From an uncultured Aminicenantes bacterium (GTDB lineage Bacteria; Acidobacteriota; Aminicenantia; UBA2199), in the NCBI GenBank assembly GCA_965195285.1, contig CBDAFS010000055.1, positions 61,728-125,727 on the forward strand: DNA of 64,000 nt, read 5' to 3'. Made by a program: the position numbers and the translations under genes. Shown piece by piece: positions 10,076-19,502 of the stretch (its first letter is position 1; each line of letters begins with the position of its first letter). The notes beneath the pieces are model-generated. The model worked only from the letters and a program-made list of their open reading frames with translations, was not told the DNA's origin and searched no databases.

Positions 10076-11182
10076 TTAGAATGGTTTCAGACGGTAAATA
10101 CAGTTCCACTTTTGATATACGGAGAAGTATAGCTCTCTTGTTGTGGGGAAATAGATAACCGACCAGGTGGTGCCTTTCTGGGAGACATCCTGCAGGATTT
10201 TCAGACCGGCCTTCCAGTCTATAGCTCCTTTTGATTTTTCGAGAGTTTCGGATATGCTTCGATAACGCCAGCATTTTTCTCTCAGCTTGGCATCCGGAAC
10301 ATTATGAATGGACTTATTTGTGAGCACTTGACTGGTTTTATCAGAATATATTTTTCTCCATTGATCCTGACTGTATTCCAGAATCACAGACTGTCCGGAG
10401 GCATCGACAACCAGCAAATGTGTGTTCAAGGAATTGATATCCAAATCAAAGGGGATGAACTTTTCAACCAGGGTCACCGCTTCTTCGATGTTCTTGGTTT
10501 GATCAAGAATTTTACGTACTAAGAAAGTAACGAACACAAGTTCCTTATCGCTCTTTGGTTTGTGTGTGGTTTGCTTTACACCGGCTACGGCCACGGCCAG
10601 GCCGTGTTCATTGATCCCGTCCATTGCATAAAAAGGAGCCAACAACAGCTTTTTTCCCAGTTCACTCGATTTGAGTTGCTCCAGATCGATGTTTAACGGA
10701 AAACCCATATCAATGGCTCTGGAAAAGGAAATCGAAGTGTATCCCCCGGGGGAATGATAGAGACTGATGATTATGGAACCCACATTTTGATTATCCCAGT
10801 TTCTACCCATAATGACAGAATTCTCAGTGGTTGTGGAGAACACACTGCAATAGCGCCAGGTTTGATCGATCATCGGATTGTCAATTGCATGTTGGTTTTC
10901 TTTTTTAAAGACATCCTCACGATCGCCAACGTGAGTCATTAGATAAAGGCCTCCTGTAGAATATGTCTCGCTTATCTCTCTTACTTTTACCAGGCTCTGC
11001 AGGGTTCGGGATACATCCGAATCCGAATCAGGAGGCTGTTCGAACTTCAAATCAATAATTTCAGCCTGAGTTCCACCGAATCCGGCAATCACCAGAGATG
11101 AAATAATAGTCAGAAAGATGACCCGTTTCTTTTGTTTTTTAACACACACCATAAAAATCTCCTTACTTTTTTTTAGGTTCAT
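10076..11182 (-). CDS. Secreted Ntn-hydrolase (linear amide C-N hydrolase/peptidase C45-C59-like)
   Basis: Internal CSVF nucleophile, GRNWD, MDGINEHGL and LTN motifs; N-terminal hydrophobic segment. Confidence 0.8.
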   Translation of the reverse strand: MNLKKSKEIFMVCVKKQKKRVIFLTIISSLVIAGFGGTQAEIIDLKFEQPPDSDSDVSRTLQSLVKVREISETYSTGGLYLMTHVGDREDVFKKENQHAIDNPMIDQTWRYCSVFSTTTENSVIMGRNWDNQNVGSIIISLYHSPGGYTSISFSRAIDMGFPLNIDLEQLKSSELGKKLLLAPFYAMDGINEHGLAVAVAGVKQTTHKPKSDKELVFVTFLVRKILDQTKNIEEAVTLVEKFIPFDLDINSLNTHLLVVDASGQSVILEYSQDQWRKIYSDKTSQVLTNKSIHNVPDAKLREKCWRYRSISETLEKSKGAIDWKAGLKILQDVSQKGTTWSVIYFPTTRELYFSVYQKWNCIYRLKPF

Positions 11183-11269
11183 GTCAATATATAGAAACGG
11201 AATGAAACATGGAAAGGTTGCATTTTTATTCAGTACAATAATTGGGTCACGTCAACCGGTTTTTTATTT

Positions 11270-12418
11270 TTATTTAATTCTGTTGTTCACGACCTTTAAT
11301 TTGAGGGTGCTGTTTATACCTTTTCTGGGGTTTTTTAAGAAGTTTGTTACTGTTATGGGAATAGTCAGATCATAAACACCAGGTTCTGCATCCTTCTTAA
11401 ATCTAAGAGTCAGAATATCAGTGGTCTGAGGCAGAATGTTGACCTTTTCAGTCAGGGTATAGGCATCTGAACTGTTATTGGTATTTATCATTATCGGAAT
11501 ATCTGAATTATTGGTAATCCGTATCAATGCTTTGCCTGATTCATTGCTGGATAATTCTTTAGTAATAAGATCGATACAACTCATAAATAGAGGTTTTAAC
11601 CACTCCTCCCTGCCCATAATAAAATGTCGGTCATAAATTAAGGTCCGCCGGTTCTCAAGCGCATCCCTGACACCATCCAGGGTCCATTCTTTGGAAAAAA
11701 CCAGGGTATAGGGCCTGTGCTGGCCTCGTAGAGGTTCAAATTTAAAATCTATTCTGGTATGAATATCAGAATTCCCAAAGAGGGTCAAGTTTTTTTCCAG
11801 AGCCCAGTCAAATACCTCGGGATAGTACTCATCCCAATTTACCACTTCAATCCCCTTTAACCATCCCTTGTTGAGCAGCGTGGTATGCTCCTTGTACCAG
11901 CGCACCTCCTTATCCTCTTTTAACTGAGAACCCCAGCCCGGATGATTCCATATGATAAAAGCTCCCTGCTTTATTGCCAGCTCAATCGCTTTAAATGGAT
12001 TCTTTTCCGTCATGGGTGTTTCATCTTGGATAAAAAGAGCGTTAAAATGTCCGGGGGGCATATCCCGGGTAATCTCAGTGGCTTTGATTAAGAGTATTCC
12101 CAGTTCCTGTGCACGGGGAAGAGCCAACTCATAAGCCCGGTTGTATTTGATTGGAACATCCTCCCTGGAGGATTTATAATCAGTTTCAACATGATCGGTT
12201 ATGGCAATCACATCCAGTCCTTCTCTATAGGCTTCTTCAACCCGTATGGTGGGCCAGACATCACCATCCGAAAAGAGTGTATGAATATGAAAATCCCCGA
12301 TCAGGGTTTTATACCCTTTAATATCGGGAATTCTGATCTCTCTCCGAATCTGAGTGTACAAAAATCCGGGGATTAACAGCACGATCAGCAGGACAATCGG
12401 AATGATATTTTTCTTCAT
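11270..12418 (-). CDS. Secreted PHP-domain phosphoesterase (Sb-PDE-like)
   Basis: DFHIHTLFSDG, AITDH, GHFN, NHPGW and NSDIH metal ligands; signal peptide. Confidence 0.85.
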   Translation of the reverse strand: MKKNIIPIVLLIVLLIPGFLYTQIRREIRIPDIKGYKTLIGDFHIHTLFSDGDVWPTIRVEEAYREGLDVIAITDHVETDYKSSREDVPIKYNRAYELALPRAQELGILLIKATEITRDMPPGHFNALFIQDETPMTEKNPFKAIELAIKQGAFIIWNHPGWGSQLKEDKEVRWYKEHTTLLNKGWLKGIEVVNWDEYYPEVFDWALEKNLTLFGNSDIHTRIDFKFEPLRGQHRPYTLVFSKEWTLDGVRDALENRRTLIYDRHFIMGREEWLKPLFMSCIDLITKELSSNESGKALIRITNNSDIPIMINTNNSSDAYTLTEKVNILPQTTDILTLRFKKDAEPGVYDLTIPITVTNFLKNPRKGINSTLKLKVVNNRIK

Positions 12419-12524
12419 TTTATCTCCTTCTTGGCCCTTAATTATAACTTATTTTTTTTTATTGTGTAATAAAAATACCATAGATAAAATACCTGGGAAC
12501 AAGTTTACATTAAAGCTTAAGGGA

Positions 12525-12706
12525 AAAAGTCGGTGCCTGGGGAGGAGCCGGGGAACTTTTTTCAAATTTAGAAAACGGTTGGAATGAAAGGACTGGGCGA
12601 TGCAGGATTTACAAGTGTGACTCATCGTACACTTGCCTGCGGCTCCTTCCTTTCAGTCAGTCGTGCTGATTCGCTTAAGGCGAATCATGGGAACCTGCAA
12701 CTTCTA
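12525..12706 (-). repeat. att-like tRNA-Val 3' fragment plus flank, split by an 80-bp insert (12611-12690)
   Basis: TGGGCGATGCAGGATTT [80 bp] GAACCTGCAACTTCTA matches the tRNA at 19154; ~70 bp of flank resembles 19085-19153. Confidence 0.8.
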
Positions 12707-12750
12707 ATGGACATCACCCCTTTTCACCCCCTTTTTTTTATTTCAGTTTT

Positions 12751-13125
12751 TTATTTGTCTTTAAGCTCTCTGTCTTTTACATTAAAGATTATTGATAATA
12801 TTAATGCGGTTAAAAATAGTAGAAGAGTAATCATATCAACCATTCTGGCATTTACATTCCAGTCAGTAATTGAGTCAATGAGAAATTTAATATAAGATAA
12901 AGGCATATCATATAGTTCCAGTTTCACCCTTACTTTCCAGTGCCATTCGGTACTGGGACAAAATCCAAATCCATACCAAATACCCAGAATAAACCAGGAA
13001 AAGGCAGTCAACAAAAGTAGTATGAGATTTAATTTTCTGGTTTTTTTCCATATCCACCCAAAAAGGTTAAAAAAAATGATGCCTGTATGAAAAACAAAAA
13101 AGAATTTATCTAGAAACAGGTACAA
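12751..13125 (-). CDS. DUF2784-like membrane protein
   Basis: HTGIIFFNLFGW, GFCPSTEWHW and SYIKFL pattern; three hydrophobic segments. Confidence 0.7.
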   Translation of the reverse strand: MYLFLDKFFFVFHTGIIFFNLFGWIWKKTRKLNLILLLLTAFSWFILGIWYGFGFCPSTEWHWKVRVKLELYDMPLSYIKFLIDSITDWNVNARMVDMITLLLFLTALILSIIFNVKDRELKDK

Positions 13126-13351
13126 ACTATATCCTCCATCATTTATATTTATATTATAGTAGGTTTTATTCTAAAATTTTTTAATAATCAAGAAATATTC
13201 AATATTGAGTTTATTTTTATAAAAATGTAAAAATGTAAAAAAATGGGGACGTTGCTTGACAGTGTGACAGTAAGTTACAAAAAAGTCACTTCTTGTTGGA
13301 ACTTTTGTGGGAAAGATATGTAAGAAAAATGGTCGATGTCCCTATTTTTTA

Positions 13352-13414
13352 AAACTGTTGATGATAAAGGACTGGGCGATGCAGGATTTGAACCTGCGAC
13401 TTCTACCGTGTGAA
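13352..13414 (-). repeat. att-like tRNA-Val 3' half (anticodon loop to discriminator) plus flank
   Basis: 13373-13414 is identical to 19154-19195; flank AAACTGTTGATGATAAAGGA versus AAACTGTTGATAATAAAGGA at the intact gene. Confidence 0.9.
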
Positions 13415-13420
13415 ACAAAG

Positions 13421-13590
13421 GGGGACGGTGCCTTACTTTATTACTTTTTGGATGACTGTAAAGGACATGCCCTACTTGTGTGTACATCTTCAAACTATAA
13501 ATTTACAGATTTGCATGTCCTATCCCGCTTGGGGTACACCGTTACCGTTTTCCTATCGAACGGAAAAATCATGTCAAGAAGTCAAGCACC
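13421..13590. mobile_element. MITE-like repeat family B, copy 1 (right end lacks GTCCCC)
   Basis: Near-identical to 17670-17844; begins GGGGACGGTGC and ends GTCAAGCACC. Confidence 0.8.
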
Positions 13591-13844
13591 AATCAATATA
13601 AAATGGGGTTTAAAGGTCTTCTTACTAGTGACATAAAAAAATATTCTATAAAAAAGAAGAGAATTGTTTTTTTCGCTAATACTATCGGAACACCAAACCG
13701 TACCTTTCAGTTCAATGGGATCCTCTGGTCGATTATATACTTTTTTGGTTGCCATTCTAAAAAAAAATAGTTTGCATAAAAAATTTCCTTTTGTTATATA
13801 TGATATGAAAGGCCTGTTGTGAATTGACATTATTGAGTATTTCA

Positions 13845-16800
13845 ATGATAGGAAAAACAATTTCTCATTATAAGATCCTCGAAAAAATCGGTGAAGGGGG
13901 GATGGGAGTAGTCTTTAAGGCTGAGGATACCAAACTTGATCGTCTTGTTGCACTCAAATTTCTTCCCAGGCAATACAGTATAAACAAAGAAGAAAAACAG
14001 AGGTTCATACATGAGGCAAAAGCTGCGGCTGCATTAGATCACACTAATATCTGTGCAATCTATGAAATTGATGAAACTGAAGACGGGCAGATGTTCATTG
14101 TCATGGCCTACTATGATGGGGAAACCTTAAAAGATAAAATTACCTCTGGCCCCTTGCCCATCGCCGAGGCTATTAATATCACAATCCAGGTTACTGAAGG
14201 ATTAAATAAAGCACATACAAAAAATATTATTCACAGAGATATAAAAGCAGCCAACATCATTATTACCAGTGATGGAATTGCCAAAATAGTAGACTTCGGT
14301 CTGGCCAAACTGAAAGGTCAAACCAAGCTGACCAAGGAGGGATCTACCCTGGGAACTGTTTCATATATGTCACCGGAACAGGTCCTGGGAGAAGAGGTTA
14401 ACCATCAGACTGACGTATGGTCATTAGGAGTAGTGCTTTATGAAATGACTATAGGCCAGTTTCCTTTTAAAGGAGAACATGAGCAGGCAGTAATGTACTC
14501 TATTATAAATGAAGAGCCGGAACAGATTGCTGGGATCAGGCCTGAAGTACCTGAAAAACTGGAACAGATTATATTTAAGGCTCTTGAAAAAGAACAAAAT
14601 AATCGGTACCAGAACGTAAAAGAACTATTTACAGACTTACGATCCTTGGCAAAAGGTGTTGATTCTGCAATCTCGATAGAAGAACAATTCCAACCGCCCC
14701 CGTTTCTTGAGGCAGAGGATCATGAGGATATTGAGCCTCCCGTCTTTGTAGCCCGGGAGCAAGAACTTGAGAAGCTTAATAAATTCCTCGACCGGACAAT
14801 TGAAGGAAAAGGTCAGGTTGTTTTTGTGAAAGGAGAAGCCGGTAGCGGAAAGACCGCCCTGGTGCATGAATTTGCCCGGCGTGCTCAAGAGATTCATTCT
14901 GATCTTATAGTTGCCACCGGGAAATGTAATGCCACTACCGGGGTTGTTGACCCCTATTTACCTTTTTTAGAGATAATGAATATGCTCACTGGTGATGTAA
15001 AAGAGAAGTGGATAACTGGAAAAATAACCAGGGAGCATGTCATCGGGTTATGGAATCTTCTTCCTCTTTCTATTCAGGCACTGGTGGATAATGGGCCTGA
15101 CCTGATAAATATATTTGTGCAAGGAGGTAATCTGCTGAAACGCCTAGAAGTTTTTTCACCAGGCAGGACATCCTGGAAAGTCAAGTTGAAGAAACTTGTG
15201 GAACATAAGGCAGCCCTTCCCCCGGACCCAAACCTGCAACAAAGCTACCTTTTAAGGCAATTCACCAGAGTGCTCATCGCACTTTCACGAGAGCAGCCAT
15301 TGCTTTTAATACTTGACGACCTGCACTGGGCAGATTCAGGTTCCATTAACCTGCTTCTTAAGCTGGGCCAGAGTGTAGAGGGCAGCCGTATCCTGTTAAC
15401 AGGAACTTACCGTGGAGCAGAAGTAGCCATGGGAAGGGAAAACAAACCACATCCCCTTGAGCCTTTAATTAATGAATTCAAACGGAACTTCGGTGAATTT
15501 GAAATTGACCTGGGAAAAACAGAAGACAGGGAATTCCTAAACTCATTTCTTGATACAGAACCAAATGAATTAAGCCAAAATTTTAAGGATACTCTCTACA
15601 AGCAAACCAAAGGGCACTCCCTCTTTACCGTTGAATTGCTGCGGAGCATGCAGGAAAGTGAAATGCTGGTCAAGGACAAAGATGGAAACTGGATTGAAGG
15701 GCCGGAGTTAAACTGGGAGACAATGCCCGCACGGGTGGATGCAGTGATTGGAGAACGTATCAACCGGCTTTCTGATACGCTTCGTGAAATATTGACCATT
15801 GCTTGTGTGGAGGGTGAAGAATTTACAGCGGAAGTGGTTGCCAGGTTAAAGGATACTGAAGTCCGGGAATTGGTCAGACTTTTAAGCAGTGACCTGGACA
15901 GGCACCATCACCTGGTGAGCAGCCAGGGTATCCGCCGGATTCAAAAATTGCGCTTATCCTTGTACCGTTTCCGGCACATCCTCTTTCAGAGGTATCTTTA
16001 TAACAGTCTTGATGAGACTGAGCAGGTTTTTCTTCACGAAGATGTGGGAAAAATGTTAGAGACGCTTTATGGAGAGCGAGCAGAAAAGATATCTGTTCAA
16101 TTGGCTTATCACTTTCAAAAAGCGGGAATAACTGAAAAGGCGATAGAGTATCTTAAAAAAGCAGGAGATAGATCCTTGGGGTTGTATGCCAATGAGGAGG
16201 CGATTTTGCATTTTACTAAAGGTCTGGAGCTACTTAAAACTTTACCGGATTCACCAGAGCGTACCCAGTTGGAACTTACTTTACAACTTGCCTTAACTCC
16301 TGCATTACAATTCACCAGGGGCTTAGGGGCTGCAGAACTGGAACAGACACTCGCCCGGGCTAAGGAGCTTTGCCAGCAGTTAGGGGAAACGCCTCAACTT
16401 TTAATAGCACTTGTTCAACTTTCATTTTTTCATGCTGTAAGAGGAGATTACCGTAAGGCGCTAGAGTATGGAAAACAGGTAAAAAGAATGACAGAGCAAG
16501 GTGATGATCCAGTTTTTACTGCTTTTTCTAATGTAATACACGTGTGGCCATTGCTTAATGTGGCAGATTTAAATCAATCTCTAACCTGCGCACAGCAGGT
16601 AATTTCATTCTATGATCCTAAGAAACATGGATCTTTGTTATTCACGACCGGGATTGATATGGCAATAATCTCTTACGGATTCGGAGCCTGGGGTTTTTGG
16701 ATTCAAGGCCATCCGGATCGAGCCCGGGAGTGGTGTAAAAAAGCAATGGCTCTGGCCCGGGAGCTGGCTGAACCTTATAATTTAGCTTTTGCCTATCTTC

Positions 16801-17432
16801 AAGCCTCTGAAACCTACCTGTTTCTTAAGCAAGCTCAGATGGTTAAGAAGTATGCCGAGAAGATGGCTCCAATCGCCATAGAAAAAGGCTTTGGGTATTT
16901 GGAGGCTCATGTAATTTTTTATCGGGGCTGGCTACAAACTTTAAAGGGTCACACTAAAGAAGGTATAGGACAAATGAATCATGGACTAAGAATGATGCTG
17001 GCTACAAATACCGAAACATGTTTCACCCGTCTTTACGCCTGGATGGCCAGTGTGTGTCTGGAAGTGGGTCAGATAGAGGATGGACTGACTGCAATAACAA
17101 AGGCTATGGAGGTAATGCGAAATAAAGATGAGATTTACATTGAAGCTGAGCTGTATCGTTTAAAGGGGGAGTTGTTGTTGATGAAGGCGCAGGGGAAGGA
17201 TGAGGCGGAGGTTAGGGTCTGTTTTCAGAAGGCCATCAATGTTGCCCGACATCAGAAGGCTAAGTCCTGGGAGCTTCGAGCTGTGATGAGCCTAAGCCGT
17301 TTGTTACAGAAAAAGGGAAAGAAAGCAGAAGCGCGAAAAATTCTGGCCGAGATATACGGCTGGTTTACTGAAGGCTTTGATACCCTGGATCTCAAAGAGG
17401 CCAAGGCGCTTCTTGAGGATTTGTCAGGTTAA
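13845..17432 (+). CDS. Ser/Thr kinase - STAND/AAA ATPase - TPR-like fusion protein
   Basis: GEGGMG, VALK, HRDIK and DFG kinase motifs; Walker A GEAGSGKT, Walker B LILDDLHWAD; helical C-terminus ending WELRA...FTEGFDT. Confidence 0.9.
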   Translation: MIGKTISHYKILEKIGEGGMGVVFKAEDTKLDRLVALKFLPRQYSINKEEKQRFIHEAKAAAALDHTNICAIYEIDETEDGQMFIVMAYYDGETLKDKITSGPLPIAEAINITIQVTEGLNKAHTKNIIHRDIKAANIIITSDGIAKIVDFGLAKLKGQTKLTKEGSTLGTVSYMSPEQVLGEEVNHQTDVWSLGVVLYEMTIGQFPFKGEHEQAVMYSIINEEPEQIAGIRPEVPEKLEQIIFKALEKEQNNRYQNVKELFTDLRSLAKGVDSAISIEEQFQPPPFLEAEDHEDIEPPVFVAREQELEKLNKFLDRTIEGKGQVVFVKGEAGSGKTALVHEFARRAQEIHSDLIVATGKCNATTGVVDPYLPFLEIMNMLTGDVKEKWITGKITREHVIGLWNLLPLSIQALVDNGPDLINIFVQGGNLLKRLEVFSPGRTSWKVKLKKLVEHKAALPPDPNLQQSYLLRQFTRVLIALSREQPLLLILDDLHWADSGSINLLLKLGQSVEGSRILLTGTYRGAEVAMGRENKPHPLEPLINEFKRNFGEFEIDLGKTEDREFLNSFLDTEPNELSQNFKDTLYKQTKGHSLFTVELLRSMQESEMLVKDKDGNWIEGPELNWETMPARVDAVIGERINRLSDTLREILTIACVEGEEFTAEVVARLKDTEVRELVRLLSSDLDRHHHLVSSQGIRRIQKLRLSLYRFRHILFQRYLYNSLDETEQVFLHEDVGKMLETLYGERAEKISVQLAYHFQKAGITEKAIEYLKKAGDRSLGLYANEEAILHFTKGLELLKTLPDSPERTQLELTLQLALTPALQFTRGLGAAELEQTLARAKELCQQLGETPQLLIALVQLSFFHAVRGDYRKALEYGKQVKRMTEQGDDPVFTAFSNVIHVWPLLNVADLNQSLTCAQQVISFYDPKKHGSLLFTTGIDMAIISYGFGAWGFWIQGHPDRAREWCKKAMALARELAEPYNLAFAYLQASETYLFLKQAQMVKKYAEKMAPIAIEKGFGYLEAHVIFYRGWLQTLKGHTKEGIGQMNHGLRMMLATNTETCFTRLYAWMASVCLEVGQIEDGLTAITKAMEVMRNKDEIYIEAELYRLKGELLLMKAQGKDEAEVRVCFQKAINVARHQKAKSWELRAVMSLSRLLQKKGKKAEARKILAEIYGWFTEGFDTLDLKEAKALLEDLSG

Positions 17433-17580
17433 AACAAGCCAAAAATATTTGGAATTTTGATCGAATATTCTCAAGAACATGGGGTCTAAAGAATAAAGAT
17501 TTGTCAATAATGTTTTTCATCCCAATACTCAAGGTATTAACCTGCATCATCTAAAAAAATAGGAACACATCACTTTTATT

Positions 17581-17622
17581 TAATGGGATGTGTCCCTATT
17601 TTAATGGGATGTGTCCCTATTT
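17581..17622. repeat. 21-bp tandem duplication in REP/MITE-like terminus
   Basis: TAATGGGATGTGTCCCTATTT twice, preceded by the partly complementary ATAGGAACACATC. Confidence 0.7.
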
Positions 17623-17669
17623 TAGGGGAATTTCTCTAAATAGAATAAAATGGCGGGAACGGCATGAAT

Positions 17670-17844
17670 GGGGACGGTGCCTTACTTTATTACTTTTTGG
17701 ATGACTGTAAAGGACATGCCCCACTTGTGTGTATATCTTCAAACTAAAAATTTACAGATTTGCATGTCTTATCCCGCTTGGGGACACCGTCACCGTTTTC
17801 CTATCAAACGGAAAAATTATGTCGAGAAGTCAAGCACCGTCCCC
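17670..17844. mobile_element. MITE-like repeat family B, copy 2 (complete)
   Basis: Terminal inverted repeats GGGGACGGTGC...GCACCGTCCCC. Confidence 0.8.
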
Positions 17845-17953
17845 AATCACCCCTTTTTGTTAGTACCGTCATTCCTTCTTTTCTACAATGGTAGAATAAT
17901 TTTAATTTTTCCGACATAATTGAACATAGAATTTCCGTTAAAAAAGGAGAAAT

Positions 17954-19030
17954 GTGATGAAATCAATAAAAATACATTTTTATCAATGGGTTCTTATCAG
18001 TTTATTATTCTTTACTTTATCCGGGCTTTCAGCCTCCAACTTTTCTGAAGTTGAGATTTCCCCTGATACACCCGCTGATGTAAGACTGGCAATCGAAGGA
18101 TTGTTTTCTACTGAAGCCATCACCCGGGTAAAATCGGCCACTAGATTAGGAAATATTGGAGCCCGGGCAATCCCAGCAATCCCATTTCTCATTGAAATGC
18201 TAAATGATACCGTAGAAGTCCGGTTGCAATCCAGTTCTCAACCAACCTCCCCTGCCAGTGAAGCAAATAAAGCACTAATAAAAATTGGTAAACCTGCAGT
18301 TAAACCACTTATTGCAGCATTAAAACACGATGACTGGGTTATTCGATCATGGGCTGCTGAAATACTGGGAAATTTAAAAGATCACCAGGCGTCACAACCA
18401 TTGATTACAAGCATGAGTGATAAGAATTCCATAGTAAGAAAATTGGCAGCAGAGGCATTGGGGAAAATTGATCCAAAAGCGCTTATTAATACTTTAAAGC
18501 ACAAACAAGCTCAAGTTCGAGCCGGTGCGGCCTGGGCATTAGGAGAGCTAAAAATTCAGTCTTCAGTAGAACACTTAATCAAATCCCTTGATGATAAGAA
18601 AACTCTAGTTCGAGGCTATGTCATTGAGGCCTTGGGTAAAATAAAAAGTACCAGAGCTACAATTCCTTTACTTAAATTTCTGAAGGATAAGAAGAGAATC
18701 ATTCGTGAAAAGACTGGGATGGCCCTGGGAAAGATAGAAGATCCCCGGGCTGTTGTAGCCCTGATTGCTGCATTGAAGCATAAAGATTGGGCAACCAGAT
18801 GGAAGGCTGCCCTGGCTACCGGGATGATAAAAGATAAGCGCGGTGTTGAGCCTCTTATTATTGCTTTAAACGATAAAAAAGCCGAAGTACGTTTTACGGC
18901 AGCCTGGGCTCTGGGAGAAATCAAAGATTCCCGGGCAGTGAAATATTTGATTCCTCTACTGGAAGATGGATACGTAACTGTGCGGCAGAAAGCTAAAGAA
19001 GCTTTGAAGAAAATAACTGGAAAAGATTAA
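17954..19030 (+). CDS. Secreted HEAT/PBS-lyase repeat protein
   Basis: Repeated VR..AA.ALG.I.D.RAV..LI..L.D units after a signal-like N-terminus. Confidence 0.9.
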   Translation: MMKSIKIHFYQWVLISLLFFTLSGLSASNFSEVEISPDTPADVRLAIEGLFSTEAITRVKSATRLGNIGARAIPAIPFLIEMLNDTVEVRLQSSSQPTSPASEANKALIKIGKPAVKPLIAALKHDDWVIRSWAAEILGNLKDHQASQPLITSMSDKNSIVRKLAAEALGKIDPKALINTLKHKQAQVRAGAAWALGELKIQSSVEHLIKSLDDKKTLVRGYVIEALGKIKSTRATIPLLKFLKDKKRIIREKTGMALGKIEDPRAVVALIAALKHKDWATRWKAALATGMIKDKRGVEPLIIALNDKKAEVRFTAAWALGEIKDSRAVKYLIPLLEDGYVTVRQKAKEALKKITGKD

Positions 19031-19153
19031 CACATAAATAAGGGGTCAGATAAGGGGTCAAATCTGTGTTTGACGTTTGGTAAAAAAAGCCGAAGCCAAG
19101 TGTTGAAGCTGGGGACTTTTTTCAAATTACGGAAACTGTTGATAATAAAGGAA

Positions 19154-19226
19154 TGGGCGATGCAGGATTTGAACCTGCGACTTCTACCGTGTGAAGGTAG
19201 CACTCTAGCCACTGAGTTAATCGCCC
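19154..19226 (-). tRNA. tRNA-Val(CAC), CCA not encoded
   Basis: GGGCGAT acceptor stem; anticodon arm CTACC-TTCACAC-GGTAG; T arm GCAGG-TTCAAAT-CCTGC. Confidence 0.95.
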
Positions 19227-19234
19227 GTAAGTTC

Positions 19235-19263
19235 ATTATAAATCACAATTCATTTGACGTCAA
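19235..19263 (-). promoter_or_regulatory. sigma70 promoter of tRNA-Val
   Basis: TTGACG-N17-TATAAT on the minus strand. Confidence 0.7.
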
Positions 19264-19502
19264 GACATTGGGTTTTTGAGTTTTTCAAATCCAAATCCAA
19301 CAATAAGTTGAGCATAGATGATAATTAAACTATCTTAAGCTGAGGTAAAGGTGAAGTTTAAAAATTTTTCAGGTATTGATTTATTTCTTAACCTTAACCT
19401 TTGCCTTAACCTATGTCAGAATTCAGATGGAAGTTAGGAACTTGACAGAAAACCAGTTTCAACATAATATCTATTCTTAAAATCAATTTTATTGACTGCG
19501 AC

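Noticed and set aside
13373-13414. Second functional tRNA-Val
   Set aside because: The 5' half (D arm and acceptor 5' strand) is missing.
12584-13636. Short ORFs at 12584, 13275, 13307 and 13410 (also 17668, 19027, 19070)
   Set aside because: They are translations of tRNA sequence or MITE repeats, which explains their mutual similarity.
12525-19226. CRISPR array or classical integron
   Set aside because: No regular repeat-spacer period, no cas genes, no intI and no recognisable attC; the repeats are tRNA-derived.
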